Shown in pieces: positions 10,194 to 19,343 of a DNA stretch of 64,000 nucleotides. Where the stretch lies: NCBI GenBank assembly GCA_017412115.1, contig JAFPYR010000098.1, forward strand, positions 37,171 to 101,170. The letters are read 5' to 3'. Each line of letters starts with the position of its first letter. The first letter of the stretch is position 1. Under the pieces are notes generated by a model. It was not told the DNA's origin and did not search any database. It saw only the letters and a list, made by a program, of their open reading frames with translations. The stretch comes from Bacteroidales bacterium. Its GTDB lineage: Bacteria > Bacteroidota > Bacteroidia > Bacteroidales > UBA3824. The position numbers and the translations under genes are program-made.

Positions 10194-11102
10194 TTAATCT
10201 TTAAGCCTCAGAAAGAAAAATTCCTTATTAAACCCTGACTTATCCAATACAAAATTCATAAAATTAAATACATATTTCTTCAACCATGTTGAAATTCCCA
10301 AATGATTTACATCGTCATCAGCATATTTTATAACACGAAATTCTTTAGTTTTTATTTTGTTTTTCAACAACCAGACATAAAAAATTTCTTCCGCAATATA
10401 CCCGAATATACGTTTTTGCTGAGTGGAATAATTCTCTAAGTTCAGTTTTTTTTCAACATCACCCAAAAAAGAAAACAACCAATTACAATAAGCATCAAAC
10501 TTAGACCATTCCATTACAAACATATTGTATGGTACCATAATATTTGAATGCAACATAACCTTATCATAAGCCTCGAAATAGTCAGGATATATATTTTTTA
10601 TAATTTCTCTTTCCGTAAAAAAATCATCACTGACAAAATTTGCACAATATATAACTCCCATCGAATTAGGATAATAAGTCTTTTTAGGAATAATAGTCAG
10701 ACCTTTTTCTAACGATGAAATAAGGGAAGTTTTATTCAATTTGTAATTAGAAGTTTCCTTTGTCGGAATTATATATCTCTCGCTCAAAGAAAAAGACTTG
10801 TCAAAATCGAAATACCTTCTATAATGATTCAGCCCTATATACTCTAAATCAGGATAGATTTTTTTGATATTTTTCCAAGCCCAATACATTGCGGTAAGTT
10901 CACAATAATTAGGATTTTTTTTACTGATATTATCGCATGGCTGACCATTAACTTGATCGTCCCGTTGCAAACCTAAGTCAAAATCTGAAATTGCCGCACC
11001 AACATGAATAGGCAAGAAAAAATCATCTTGCGGCAAATCACAAGGCTTATGACAACATACAAGAATTTTTATTTTATTACTATCTAATGCGTTATTTTTC
11101 AT
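10194..11102 (-). CDS. DUF4422 family glycosyltransferase (putative galactofuranosyltransferase)
   Basis: DUF4422 hallmarks: KILVCCHKP ... LPIHVGAA ... DNISKKNPNYCELTAMYWAWKN. Lies immediately downstream of glf. Confidence 0.7.
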   Translation of the reverse strand: MKNNALDSNKIKILVCCHKPCDLPQDDFFLPIHVGAAISDFDLGLQRDDQVNGQPCDNISKKNPNYCELTAMYWAWKNIKKIYPDLEYIGLNHYRRYFDFDKSFSLSERYIIPTKETSNYKLNKTSLISSLEKGLTIIPKKTYYPNSMGVIYCANFVSDDFFTEREIIKNIYPDYFEAYDKVMLHSNIMVPYNMFVMEWSKFDAYCNWLFSFLGDVEKKLNLENYSTQQKRIFGYIAEEIFYVWLLKNKIKTKEFRVIKYADDDVNHLGISTWLKKYVFNFMNFVLDKSGFNKEFFFLRLKD

Positions 11103-11142
11103 AGCTTTATCTATAATCGTTTCTCATATTTTTCTTCAATAA

Positions 11143-12246
11143 TCATATTGAAAAATTTATCGCTTTTTCGATTACATCGTCCATATCATAATACTTATAT
11201 TCTGCCAATCTGCCGCCAAAAATGACATTTTTCTCTTTGTCGGCTAAGGCTTTATATTTCTGATACAGAGTTGTATTTTTATCATCATTAACAGGATAAA
11301 ACGGCTCAGAACCTTCTGCCCATTCAGAAGGAAACTCTTTGGAAATCACCGTTTTATTCTCAGAATAAGCAGAATTTTCCGGCTCAAAATGCTTGTGTTC
11401 GATAATGCGGGTATAAGGAATTTTTGCTTCGGTATAATTTATGACCGCATTACCCTGAAAATTCTGAACGTCCAAAATTTCGGTTTCAAAACGGATTGTG
11501 CGGTATTCAAGTTTTCCGAATTTATAATCGTAAAATTGGTCAATCTGCCCCGTAAAAACTATTTTTTTAGCAAGTTTTTCCAATTCCAAGCGGTTTTCAA
11601 AGAAATCAACATTCGTTTTGGTTTCAATACCATCCAAAAGTTTATCTATCAATCTGTTATAACCACCGATAGGAATACCTTGATAAGAATCGTTGAAATA
11701 ATTGTTGTCAAAAGTCATTCTGACGGGAAGACGTTTGATAATAAAAGAGGGAAGTTCAGTACATTTTCTGCCCCATTGTTTTTCGGTGTAACCTTTTATC
11801 AACGTTTCGTAAATGTCCTTACCGACAAGGTTTAATGCTTGTTGTTCAAGGTTTTGCGGAAAGTCAGTTTTAGATTCTTTACGTTGTTCTTCGAGTTTTT
11901 TTGCTGCCTCTTCGGGGGTTGTAACACCCCACATCTGATAAAACGTGTTCATATTGAACGGCAAATTATAAAGTTTACCTTTAAAATTTGCCACAGGTGA
12001 ATTTGTGTAACGGTTGAAAGGCACAAACGAGTTCACAAAATCCCAAACTTTTTTATTAGAAGTATGGAAAATATGTGCTCCGTATTTGTGGACATTTATA
12101 CCTTCGATATTTTCGCAATAAACGTTGCCACCAATGTGCGGGCGTTTGTCAATTACGAGGCATTTTTTACCAATCTGTTTTGCCTTGTATGCGAATGTAA
12201 CACCAAATAGACCAGAACCGACAATAAGGTAATCGTAAGTACTCAT
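11143..12246 (-). CDS. glf: UDP-galactopyranose mutase
   Basis: FAD-binding YDYLIVGSGLFG, then IDKRPHIGGN, VHKYGAHIFHT, and C-terminal GRLAEYKYYDMD. Start set at the second Met (MSTYDY); the tracked ORF begins 9 nt earlier. Confidence 0.92.
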   Translation of the reverse strand: MSTYDYLIVGSGLFGVTFAYKAKQIGKKCLVIDKRPHIGGNVYCENIEGINVHKYGAHIFHTSNKKVWDFVNSFVPFNRYTNSPVANFKGKLYNLPFNMNTFYQMWGVTTPEEAAKKLEEQRKESKTDFPQNLEQQALNLVGKDIYETLIKGYTEKQWGRKCTELPSFIIKRLPVRMTFDNNYFNDSYQGIPIGGYNRLIDKLLDGIETKTNVDFFENRLELEKLAKKIVFTGQIDQFYDYKFGKLEYRTIRFETEILDVQNFQGNAVINYTEAKIPYTRIIEHKHFEPENSAYSENKTVISKEFPSEWAEGSEPFYPVNDDKNTTLYQKYKALADKEKNVIFGGRLAEYKYYDMDDVIEKAINFSI

Positions 12247-12258
12247 ACATCTCATTAC

Positions 12259-13167
12259 TTATAAAAAATAGAGAATAAGACACTTAATTTTATCTACAAA
12301 ACCAACAGTTTTAAATGCAGACTCAAAAAACTTCCTTTTATAAATTTTTAATGTCGGTTTATTTTGTTTATCACAACGCCTTAATAACAAGTTTGTTGCG
12401 CACAATGCTTCATAACTGCAATACGAAAAAGCTATTTCATTCTTACCTCGTAATAACATTTGCATTATTTCAAATGCTTTTAATTCAGAAATCATTTTAA
12501 CGGAAAATGCAACCTTTGTCTTTCCTATCGCACTGTCATTCCGTTGAAAATAATTGTAAATTATATCATTACAGATTACAACTTTTTGACAATGTAATAC
12601 ATATTGCAAAACGAACAATCTATCTTCATTGTAATAAATATCCTCGTTGAATCTTATAGAAAAATCTTTGATTATTTTTGAATAATACAATTTTGGAGAA
12701 ATATATCCGAGATAGTCTTTTTTTCCGCTTTTAAATAGTCTAGTGGGGAAAAAATCACCTGAAATATTCTCATTTCTAAGTCTATTATTTTGCTTACCAC
12801 CAATAATTCGAATATCTCCAATAACTAAGCAATTCGATTCCGAATTTGCTAATAATATTTCTACAAAATTATTTTCTATCCAATCATCAGAATCCACAAA
12901 CCCAATCCACTCACCTTTTGCTTCATCTAATCCCTTATTTCTTGCAGCAGAAACCCCTGCATTTTCTTGATGAAACACTCTAAACCGCTTGTCTTTCTCC
13001 GCATATTCGTCGCAAATCTCGCCCGAATTATCAGGACTACCGTCATCAATCAAAATACATTCCCAATCAGTAAACGTCTGTGCGACAATACTATCAAGAC
13101 ATTTCCTTAAGTATTTTTCAACTTTATAAACGGGAACTATGATGGAAATTTTGGGAGAGAAATTCAT
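12259..13167 (-). CDS. Glycosyltransferase family 2
   Basis: GT-A N-terminus ISIIVPVYKVEKYLRKCLDSIVAQTF ... ILIDDGSPD ... AARNKGL ... FVDSDD. Confidence 0.85.
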   Translation of the reverse strand: MNFSPKISIIVPVYKVEKYLRKCLDSIVAQTFTDWECILIDDGSPDNSGEICDEYAEKDKRFRVFHQENAGVSAARNKGLDEAKGEWIGFVDSDDWIENNFVEILLANSESNCLVIGDIRIIGGKQNNRLRNENISGDFFPTRLFKSGKKDYLGYISPKLYYSKIIKDFSIRFNEDIYYNEDRLFVLQYVLHCQKVVICNDIIYNYFQRNDSAIGKTKVAFSVKMISELKAFEIMQMLLRGKNEIAFSYCSYEALCATNLLLRRCDKQNKPTLKIYKRKFFESAFKTVGFVDKIKCLILYFL

Positions 13168-13176
13168 AATGCTTTA

Positions 13177-13737
13177 TTAATGTTTAAGACATCCTATCGG
13201 CACAACCATAACACCATCTTTACGTGTGTAAGCGTATTGCCCCAATCCTGTCAAAACCATCTTAAAAGACGGTTGTTTTCCTTTGAACAATTCATCAAGA
13301 CTTACTTCACCCGAAGATTCTTGCGATTCCCACAAAGACATCGGTCGCATTGTAAGCCAACTAAAACGTCCTGCACCTGAATGATGGATTTTTTCTGTAT
13401 GGGCAGGAACAGCCGAGCCAGTCAAAATAAACTGTCCCACACTTATATCTCTGTGATCAACTTCAAAACGAATTGCATCCCATAATGCAGGTGCTGTTTG
13501 CCATTCATCAATCAAACGCGGCGTTGCACCTTTAAGGAGAAGTTTTATATTCGTATCAACAACAGACAATAATTCTTTTTCAACGGCAGGGTCGTTCATA
13601 TATACGACACTTTTCGACTGTTGTTCGGCAGTTGTAGTTTTGCCGCACCATTTAGGACCTTCAATCAAAACTGCACCCGCACCTTCCAATTCATCTTTCA
13701 ACAATTGGTCAGCAATTCTTTCCCGATATTTCGCCAT
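13177..13737 (-). pseudogene. AAA ATPase (AAA_14/DUF4143 family), internally deleted remnant
   Basis: Walker A (EGPKWCGKTT) and HSGAGRFSWLTMRPMSLWES are present. After about 160 aa the protein jumps to what looks like the family's extreme C-terminal tail (YAYTRKDGVMVVPIGCLKH). It is 186 aa against 436 aa for the intact paralogue at 31117-32427. Confidence 0.65.
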
Positions 13738-13759
13738 ATTTTTTATACTTTTAACAGCG

Positions 13760-13767
13760 CAAATATA
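13760..13767 (-). promoter_or_regulatory. Bacteroidetes-type -7 box (TATATTTG, within TATATTTGCGC)
   Basis: Minus-strand TATATTTG lies 22 nt upstream of the ATG at 13737. The same 11-mer, TATATTTGCGC, precedes the second ATPase gene. Confidence 0.45.
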
Positions 13768-13807
13768 AACAAAAAAAGCATTGAAACAAAGTATTTTAGT
13801 TATTTTT

Positions 13808-13876
13808 GTTGTGGCATTTGACGGATTTTTGTTGTGGCATTTGACGGATTTTTATTGTGGCATTTGACGTTTTTTT
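13808..13876 (-). repeat. Three tandem direct repeats, 23-bp period
   Basis: The core TTGTGGCATTTGACG occurs at 13809-13823, 13832-13846 and 13855-13869, just upstream of the ATPase -7 box. Confidence 0.9.
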
Positions 13877-14141
13877 ATAAATGGCTATAAAAAAGAGAAT
13901 TCAGCCAAACCTTTTTTCTTACCACACTAGCCCCTTGATTTTCTTGATGAATAACCTTAAACCTATAGTCTTTTTGTGCATATTCATCGCAAATTTTTCC
14001 TGAATTATCGTGACTACCGTCATCTACTAAAATACACTCCCAATCAGTAAATATCTGAGCAACAATACTGTCAAGACAACGACGAAAATATTTCTCTACT
14101 TTATAAACGGGAACAATGATGGAAATTTTAGGAGATGACAT
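13875..14141 (-). pseudogene. Truncated 5' fragment of a GT2 glycosyltransferase gene
   Basis: The first ~75 aa (ISIIVPVYKVEKYFRRCLDSIVAQIFTDWECILVDDGSHDNSGKICDEYAQKDYRFKVIHQEN) are paralogous to the N-terminus of 12259-13167. Similarity is lost near 13.93 kb and the ORF stops at 88 aa. Confidence 0.75.
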
Positions 14142-14181
14142 AAGTACAAATATTTTATAGACTCTTAAAAACTTATAACAA

Positions 14182-15108
14182 CTAAATTTTCCAAATTTCC
14201 TTTCTATATTGTTTAGTCTTTTTATAAAAACTCGGTAATAGCCAAAAGAATGCTAACAAAACTTTTAATATCCACGCATAAAAACTTGAGATATTATATT
14301 TGATAAATTTTATTCTGGATAAGTCTTGTTGAATTGCCCCAAATGTAATAAAATCGTCCAATCTAGCATCCCATTTTTTTTCACCTGATTTACCATACAA
14401 ATGAACAATCTTGGGTCCATCAATAATTAACCGTAACAAGCCTTTTTTCTTCATAAACCATTCAAGATTTGTTTCCTCAAAATATAAAAAAAATCTTTCA
14501 TCAAAAAAAGCTAAATCATTGTTTTTCAAAAATAAATCTGCACCTGATACACATTCGACTTCGCCTATTGTATATGTTCCGATATTATCCATTATTGTTC
14601 TTCTATAATTTATATGAAAGAGTTTCAAAATATATTTCACGTATGCACTCAAAATTGTCATTATAAACCAAAAAATTTCATTTAACGGTCTTGAAAATTT
14701 TATATGAGAAAGAGCAATTCCACCTTTTTCATTCAATAAATTTCCTCCTAATGCACCGATTCTATCTTTTTCAGGAGAGTTTTCCCAATAATCAAAAAAA
14801 AGTTTCACTGCATTATTAAGTAAAATTGTATCGCTATTTAAGTATAAAATGTACTTTCCTTTTGCGATTTTCACCCCCCTATTATTAGCGGCTCCAAAAC
14901 CTAAATTCGCATTGTTTTCAATTAAAATTACCTGTGGAAATTCTTGTTTTATCATTTCAACAGAACCGTCTTTTGAACCGTTGTCCGAGACAATTACTTC
15001 AAAATCAATATCTTTTGTTTGTTCAAAAACAGATTTCAAACAATTTCTAATGAGAGCACAAGTATTATAATTAACAATGATAATAGAAACGTCCATTTTC
15101 TTATTCAA
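14182..15108 (-). CDS. Glycosyltransferase family 2 (rhamnosyltransferase-like)
   Basis: VSIIIVNYNT ... VIVSDNGSKDGS ... NLGFGAANNRG ... YLNSDT. Confidence 0.85.
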   Translation of the reverse strand: MNKKMDVSIIIVNYNTCALIRNCLKSVFEQTKDIDFEVIVSDNGSKDGSVEMIKQEFPQVILIENNANLGFGAANNRGVKIAKGKYILYLNSDTILLNNAVKLFFDYWENSPEKDRIGALGGNLLNEKGGIALSHIKFSRPLNEIFWFIMTILSAYVKYILKLFHINYRRTIMDNIGTYTIGEVECVSGADLFLKNNDLAFFDERFFLYFEETNLEWFMKKKGLLRLIIDGPKIVHLYGKSGEKKWDARLDDFITFGAIQQDLSRIKFIKYNISSFYAWILKVLLAFFWLLPSFYKKTKQYRKEIWKI

Positions 15109-15122
15109 TTAATAGTTTAATA

Positions 15123-15971
15123 TTATTTTCGCGAAAAATTCACATCGTTAAATATATTCACAACCCAATTATATATATACTCATACATTTTTTTCAACCA
15201 ATTAGGAACTTTTTTCCCTACATGATATTCAAATGAGTCTACAATAGCATTATATTCAAAACTTTCTTTTGGATTGAAAAAATGCTCAGAATATAATTTA
15301 CGATGATTCAGCCAAATTTGTTTCCGCAAATAATCAAATTGTTCATCTGTTATACTATTATTTCTTGACAGTGTTTTGATTCTATAAAAAAACAAAACTT
15401 CTGGTATTTGATATACCTTTCCTCCTTGTTCCAACATAGATAACCAAAAATCCCAATCCTCCAATCCCAATGCCATATTTTCATTGTAACCTATAGTCTT
15501 TTCATAATCACCTTTCCTATAAAGAGCCGTACATACAATACAATTTCTGCCCATCATACGCTCCAATGTACAAATCGGTAATTTAAGTTCTTGATTTATC
15601 AATCCAAATTGCATAACTCTAGTATATACAACTTTAATTTCTGAATCAGAAACTAATACTTGTAATGTCTTTTCTAAAAATGTCCTATCAATTATATCAT
15701 CTGAATCTAATGGCAAAATATAATCACCAGAACTATGCTGTATTCCAAAATTTCTTGCAGATGAAATTCCCCCATTTTCTTTATATAAATATATAAATCT
15801 ATTATCTTTTTTACAAAATTCTTCAGCAACTTCCTTAGTATTATCAGGAGAACCATCATCAACAATTAAACATTCCCAATCTTGATAAGTTTGAGAAATA
15901 ACGCTCTCCAAGGTTTCAGATAAATATTGCGCCTGATTATAACAAGGAACAATAATTGATATTTTATTCAT
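15123..15971 (-). CDS. Glycosyltransferase family 2
   Basis: ISIIVPCYNQAQYLSETLESVISQTY ... LIVDDGSPDNT ... SARNFGI ... PLDSDD. Confidence 0.85.
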   Translation of the reverse strand: MNKISIIVPCYNQAQYLSETLESVISQTYQDWECLIVDDGSPDNTKEVAEEFCKKDNRFIYLYKENGGISSARNFGIQHSSGDYILPLDSDDIIDRTFLEKTLQVLVSDSEIKVVYTRVMQFGLINQELKLPICTLERMMGRNCIVCTALYRKGDYEKTIGYNENMALGLEDWDFWLSMLEQGGKVYQIPEVLFFYRIKTLSRNNSITDEQFDYLRKQIWLNHRKLYSEHFFNPKESFEYNAIVDSFEYHVGKKVPNWLKKMYEYIYNWVVNIFNDVNFSRK

Positions 15972-16942
15972 TTTGTACGGCTCTTAAAAGGAAACAAACG
16001 TAAAATCTTCTTATGTAAAATAAAAACTATTTTATAAAGAGAAATACAATGGATTAGTTTTTCACGAAAACTTTTATTCTCCAATTGCGCATAAACTTTA
16101 TTTAATTTTTCGACAAACATCGGTTCATAATTTTCAAATAACTTTGCATAATAAAGATTAAAACGTGTTCTATCTTCATCCCATACTGGACAAATTCCAT
16201 TGTATCTTTTTGCGAAGAAAGTTTGAATTTCATAACGAGATCTTTCAAATGCCAATATTTTATCACAATCTTTACTATGACTTGCACTTTCTTCTAACTC
16301 CCTATATACAACAAGCCCCTTTTCTATGAATTCAACCTTAGTGTTTTTGAAAAACCATAACCACATAGGATAATCTTCCGTTAACCAACCTCTCTCTATT
16401 GGTTTTATTTCCCGTATGTACGCATTCACTAACTCTTTTTTTAAACATACACTCAAAGCCGGAACAATATTAACTTTCAGCATATCATCATAACTACGAA
16501 AATGCTCCCCTATCAAATTCTCATAATATATTTTCTTTCTCTCAATCCAAACCTTAGCTTGACAATAACACATTCCGACATCATTGTGATTTTCCATAAA
16601 TTCAATCTGTGTCTTAACTTTGCCAGGCAACCACCAATCATCACCGGCACATTCCATTATATACTTTCCTGAACAATTTGAGATTACGTTATAATAATTT
16701 TTGATAAGACCCATATTTTCTTTATTGTATATCGCCTTTACAATTTTCGGATACCGCAAAACATAATCTTCGATAATTGATTTAGTACCATCAACAGAGC
16801 AATCATCACCGACTATAATCTCATACGGATAATCATGTTCCTGTTCTAATATACTATCCAACGTTTTGGAAATAGTCTTTTCCTGATTATATGTGATAAC
16901 AGCAACAGATAATAAGATATCATTATTACTCATATAAATCAC
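15968..16942 (-). CDS. Glycosyltransferase family 2
   Basis: LSVAVITYNQEKTISKTLDSILEQ ... IIVGDDCSVDGT ... AGDDWW. 4-nt overlap with the downstream gene. Confidence 0.8.
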   Translation of the reverse strand: MIYMSNNDILLSVAVITYNQEKTISKTLDSILEQEHDYPYEIIVGDDCSVDGTKSIIEDYVLRYPKIVKAIYNKENMGLIKNYYNVISNCSGKYIMECAGDDWWLPGKVKTQIEFMENHNDVGMCYCQAKVWIERKKIYYENLIGEHFRSYDDMLKVNIVPALSVCLKKELVNAYIREIKPIERGWLTEDYPMWLWFFKNTKVEFIEKGLVVYRELEESASHSKDCDKILAFERSRYEIQTFFAKRYNGICPVWDEDRTRFNLYYAKLFENYEPMFVEKLNKVYAQLENKSFREKLIHCISLYKIVFILHKKILRLFPFKSRTK

Positions 16943-16946
16943 TCTC

Positions 16947-18437
16947 CTACTTGTTTATTTTACTTTTTATTAAATCAATAAAACCTATTTTCTGATTTAA
17001 TTGTCTTAAAGAAAAAACACATAAAATTAATGACAAAACAACACTTAATATAATGGTTATCAAACTTTGTTGCATAAATTCTGTCAATATCAACAATATA
17101 GTTAATGAAATCGAAAACAACAGAATCAATGAGAAAAAGGTATTAGTAAGTATAACACCATATTTCTTGCGTACATATAACATAATTACACATAAATACA
17201 CAAAATAAATTACGCAAAATGAGATTGCTACCCCTCTTAACCCCATAAAATAATACCCTAAACAATTCAATGCAATTGTAAGTATATTACTAACAACACC
17301 TTCCAACCAAAAATAAGTTTTCTTATCCCCCTTAGCAAAAGACACATATCCCAAACAATAAGAAGCAATTTTGAATACCATTCCATAGGATAAAATTCTT
17401 ATAAAACCGTTTATTGTCATAAACTCATCTGTCAATAGAATTTTTATACACAATGGAGCTGTTAACATAAGTAATGACAATAACGGTGCGCCCAAAAGCA
17501 TAATTATTTCACCCTGATAATTAATAGTTTCATTCATTTTCTTAACATCCATACAAGCAGAAACCAATCTCGGGAAATAATCTACCGCCATCGCCGCAAA
17601 TACTAAGCCAATATACTGATTAGTAATACTGATACCTGCATTATACAATCCTACATCAGAAAAACTACCACTATGTGATATAAAAGTATTGATGATATAA
17701 CTTGCAATATTTCCTAAAACACTCGCTAATACTGTTATTAGTCCTAATCCAACGAATTTTTTTATTACATTTATCAATTCTCCTCGTGGAATCTTCGGTT
17801 CATAGAATTCTATTCGTTTTAACCTATTAGTCAGAACGAAATACATATAAATAAAACCTAATAACGAAGATAATATAAGCATAGGAACTATTGCTGTCAA
17901 TTCAAAATAATAATATATAGGTATAGATACAATTAAAAATAAAGTAGAGGGAATAATATTGCCTAATGCTATTGCTTTCAATTCTTGCATCGCTTGCAAT
18001 ATAGCTGATTGCCCCTGATTATACAAAGTAAAAAATACATATAACGATAATAAAAAATACGAAATAATATGTTTGGTATTATCAAAAGTGAAAACACTAA
18101 GCGGATAAGCTAGCATTAATGTTATAAATAGTCCTGCTAACGATAATACCAAAAAGATCTTTTTGGTAATAAAAATTAGCCTATAATACTCAATCGTATT
18201 TTTTTGCAAGACTGATATATATCTAACAGCGCTTAAATTGCAACCAAGACCTGCCAAGGTAATAAGAATTGTCAAACTGGATACGTATAATCCAGAAAGC
18301 CCCATTCCTTCCGAACCCAAAAACTGAGCTATAATCTTTCCCCTAATAAGAGATATAATAACATTATATACTTGAACTCCTCCAAATAGCGAAATACCCT
18401 TAAATACTTTTCTATATTCGGCACTATCTGTTGCCAT
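16947..18437 (-). CDS. wzx: Oligosaccharide flippase (Wzx, MOP superfamily)
   Basis: 496 aa, 12 or more hydrophobic helices. N-terminus typical of polysaccharide biosynthesis protein / flippase (IISLIRGKIIAQFLGSEGMG). Sits in a glycan locus. Confidence 0.8.
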   Translation of the reverse strand: MATDSAEYRKVFKGISLFGGVQVYNVIISLIRGKIIAQFLGSEGMGLSGLYVSSLTILITLAGLGCNLSAVRYISVLQKNTIEYYRLIFITKKIFLVLSLAGLFITLMLAYPLSVFTFDNTKHIISYFLLSLYVFFTLYNQGQSAILQAMQELKAIALGNIIPSTLFLIVSIPIYYYFELTAIVPMLILSSLLGFIYMYFVLTNRLKRIEFYEPKIPRGELINVIKKFVGLGLITVLASVLGNIASYIINTFISHSGSFSDVGLYNAGISITNQYIGLVFAAMAVDYFPRLVSACMDVKKMNETINYQGEIIMLLGAPLLSLLMLTAPLCIKILLTDEFMTINGFIRILSYGMVFKIASYCLGYVSFAKGDKKTYFWLEGVVSNILTIALNCLGYYFMGLRGVAISFCVIYFVYLCVIMLYVRKKYGVILTNTFFSLILLFSISLTILLILTEFMQQSLITIILSVVLSLILCVFSLRQLNQKIGFIDLIKSKINK

Positions 18438-18445
18438 AATATTTT

Positions 18446-19333
18446 TTATTCTGCATTATCTATCACTATCCAATTAGCATCTTGGATAAACATATCTTCA
18501 AGAACCCCTTTATCCTTACTCCAATATTTCGGGTTAATAACTATTTTGTCACGATTTTGGTTTAATAATGCAGCCCACCATGAAAATGAACTATTGGGTA
18601 TAATATTACATTTACACATTGACATTAGATACATATCTTTCCATGAATCAATTCCTTTATTCCAATCAATGTAAATAGAATTATCAAAAGTTATATTTTG
18701 TTTTGCCCATTCTGAATCGTCAGAGAAAACATAAAATATAGGATTCTGTATCTTCTGTCTAACAATATTTACTGCCTTTTCGTAATAACTAAATTTTACC
18801 ACATTCCCCAAAATAGGATTACCAACATAATCACCTCTTCTAATATGAATAGATATTGAATTCGTTTCTTTGATTTTCTTGAGTAACTGAATATTTTTAT
18901 AGTCCTTTTCATTAAATTCAGGAAACATATATATGCCATTCAAGCGAGACCTTATTGATTCAAAATATTTCAATGAAGTCCACATTTGAAAAATTACATA
19001 ATTTCCTTTCAAATTAAATATTTTTTTCTCAAAATTATAATTATCACGAAAAAAATAATTTATTATTTTCAATTTATAAGTAATACCACGAATCAGATAC
19101 CAAAATAAATTCTTGGAATACAATAACGAATCTATAAATTTAGGTAGTTTTTCCTCCACTATTCCAAACACTCGTTTTAATTCCTCCCCATTATGTCCAT
19201 TATCAATTTTTTCATCAAAAAAATGTGTATCATAATAAACTTTTTCATTAGGATAACATTCTTTTAATGAAAGATATGTGGCGTATGCCATCATTTGGCT
19301 TCCTATTCCGCCAATGGTTTGTATGATTTTCAT
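18446..19333 (-). CDS. Alpha-1,2-fucosyltransferase (GT11)
   Basis: GT11 motifs: GGIGSQMMAYA, ISIHIRRGDYV, YVFSDD, IIPNSSFSWWAALLN. Confidence 0.85.
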   Translation of the reverse strand: MKIIQTIGGIGSQMMAYATYLSLKECYPNEKVYYDTHFFDEKIDNGHNGEELKRVFGIVEEKLPKFIDSLLYSKNLFWYLIRGITYKLKIINYFFRDNYNFEKKIFNLKGNYVIFQMWTSLKYFESIRSRLNGIYMFPEFNEKDYKNIQLLKKIKETNSISIHIRRGDYVGNPILGNVVKFSYYEKAVNIVRQKIQNPIFYVFSDDSEWAKQNITFDNSIYIDWNKGIDSWKDMYLMSMCKCNIIPNSSFSWWAALLNQNRDKIVINPKYWSKDKGVLEDMFIQDANWIVIDNAE

Positions 19334-19343
19334 AAATAACTTA

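Noticed and set aside
11389-11835. 148-aa plus-strand ORF inside glf.
   Set aside because: It is antisense to an unambiguous UDP-galactopyranose mutase gene, and its translation has no recognisable features.
13808-13876. Possibility that the triple repeats here and at 32487-32570 are miniature CRISPR arrays.
   Set aside because: Each array has only three units. The intervening segments are 8-15 nt and nearly identical to each other, so they are not unique spacers. No cas genes or leader-like region are present. The repeats sit in promoter regions of paralogous genes.
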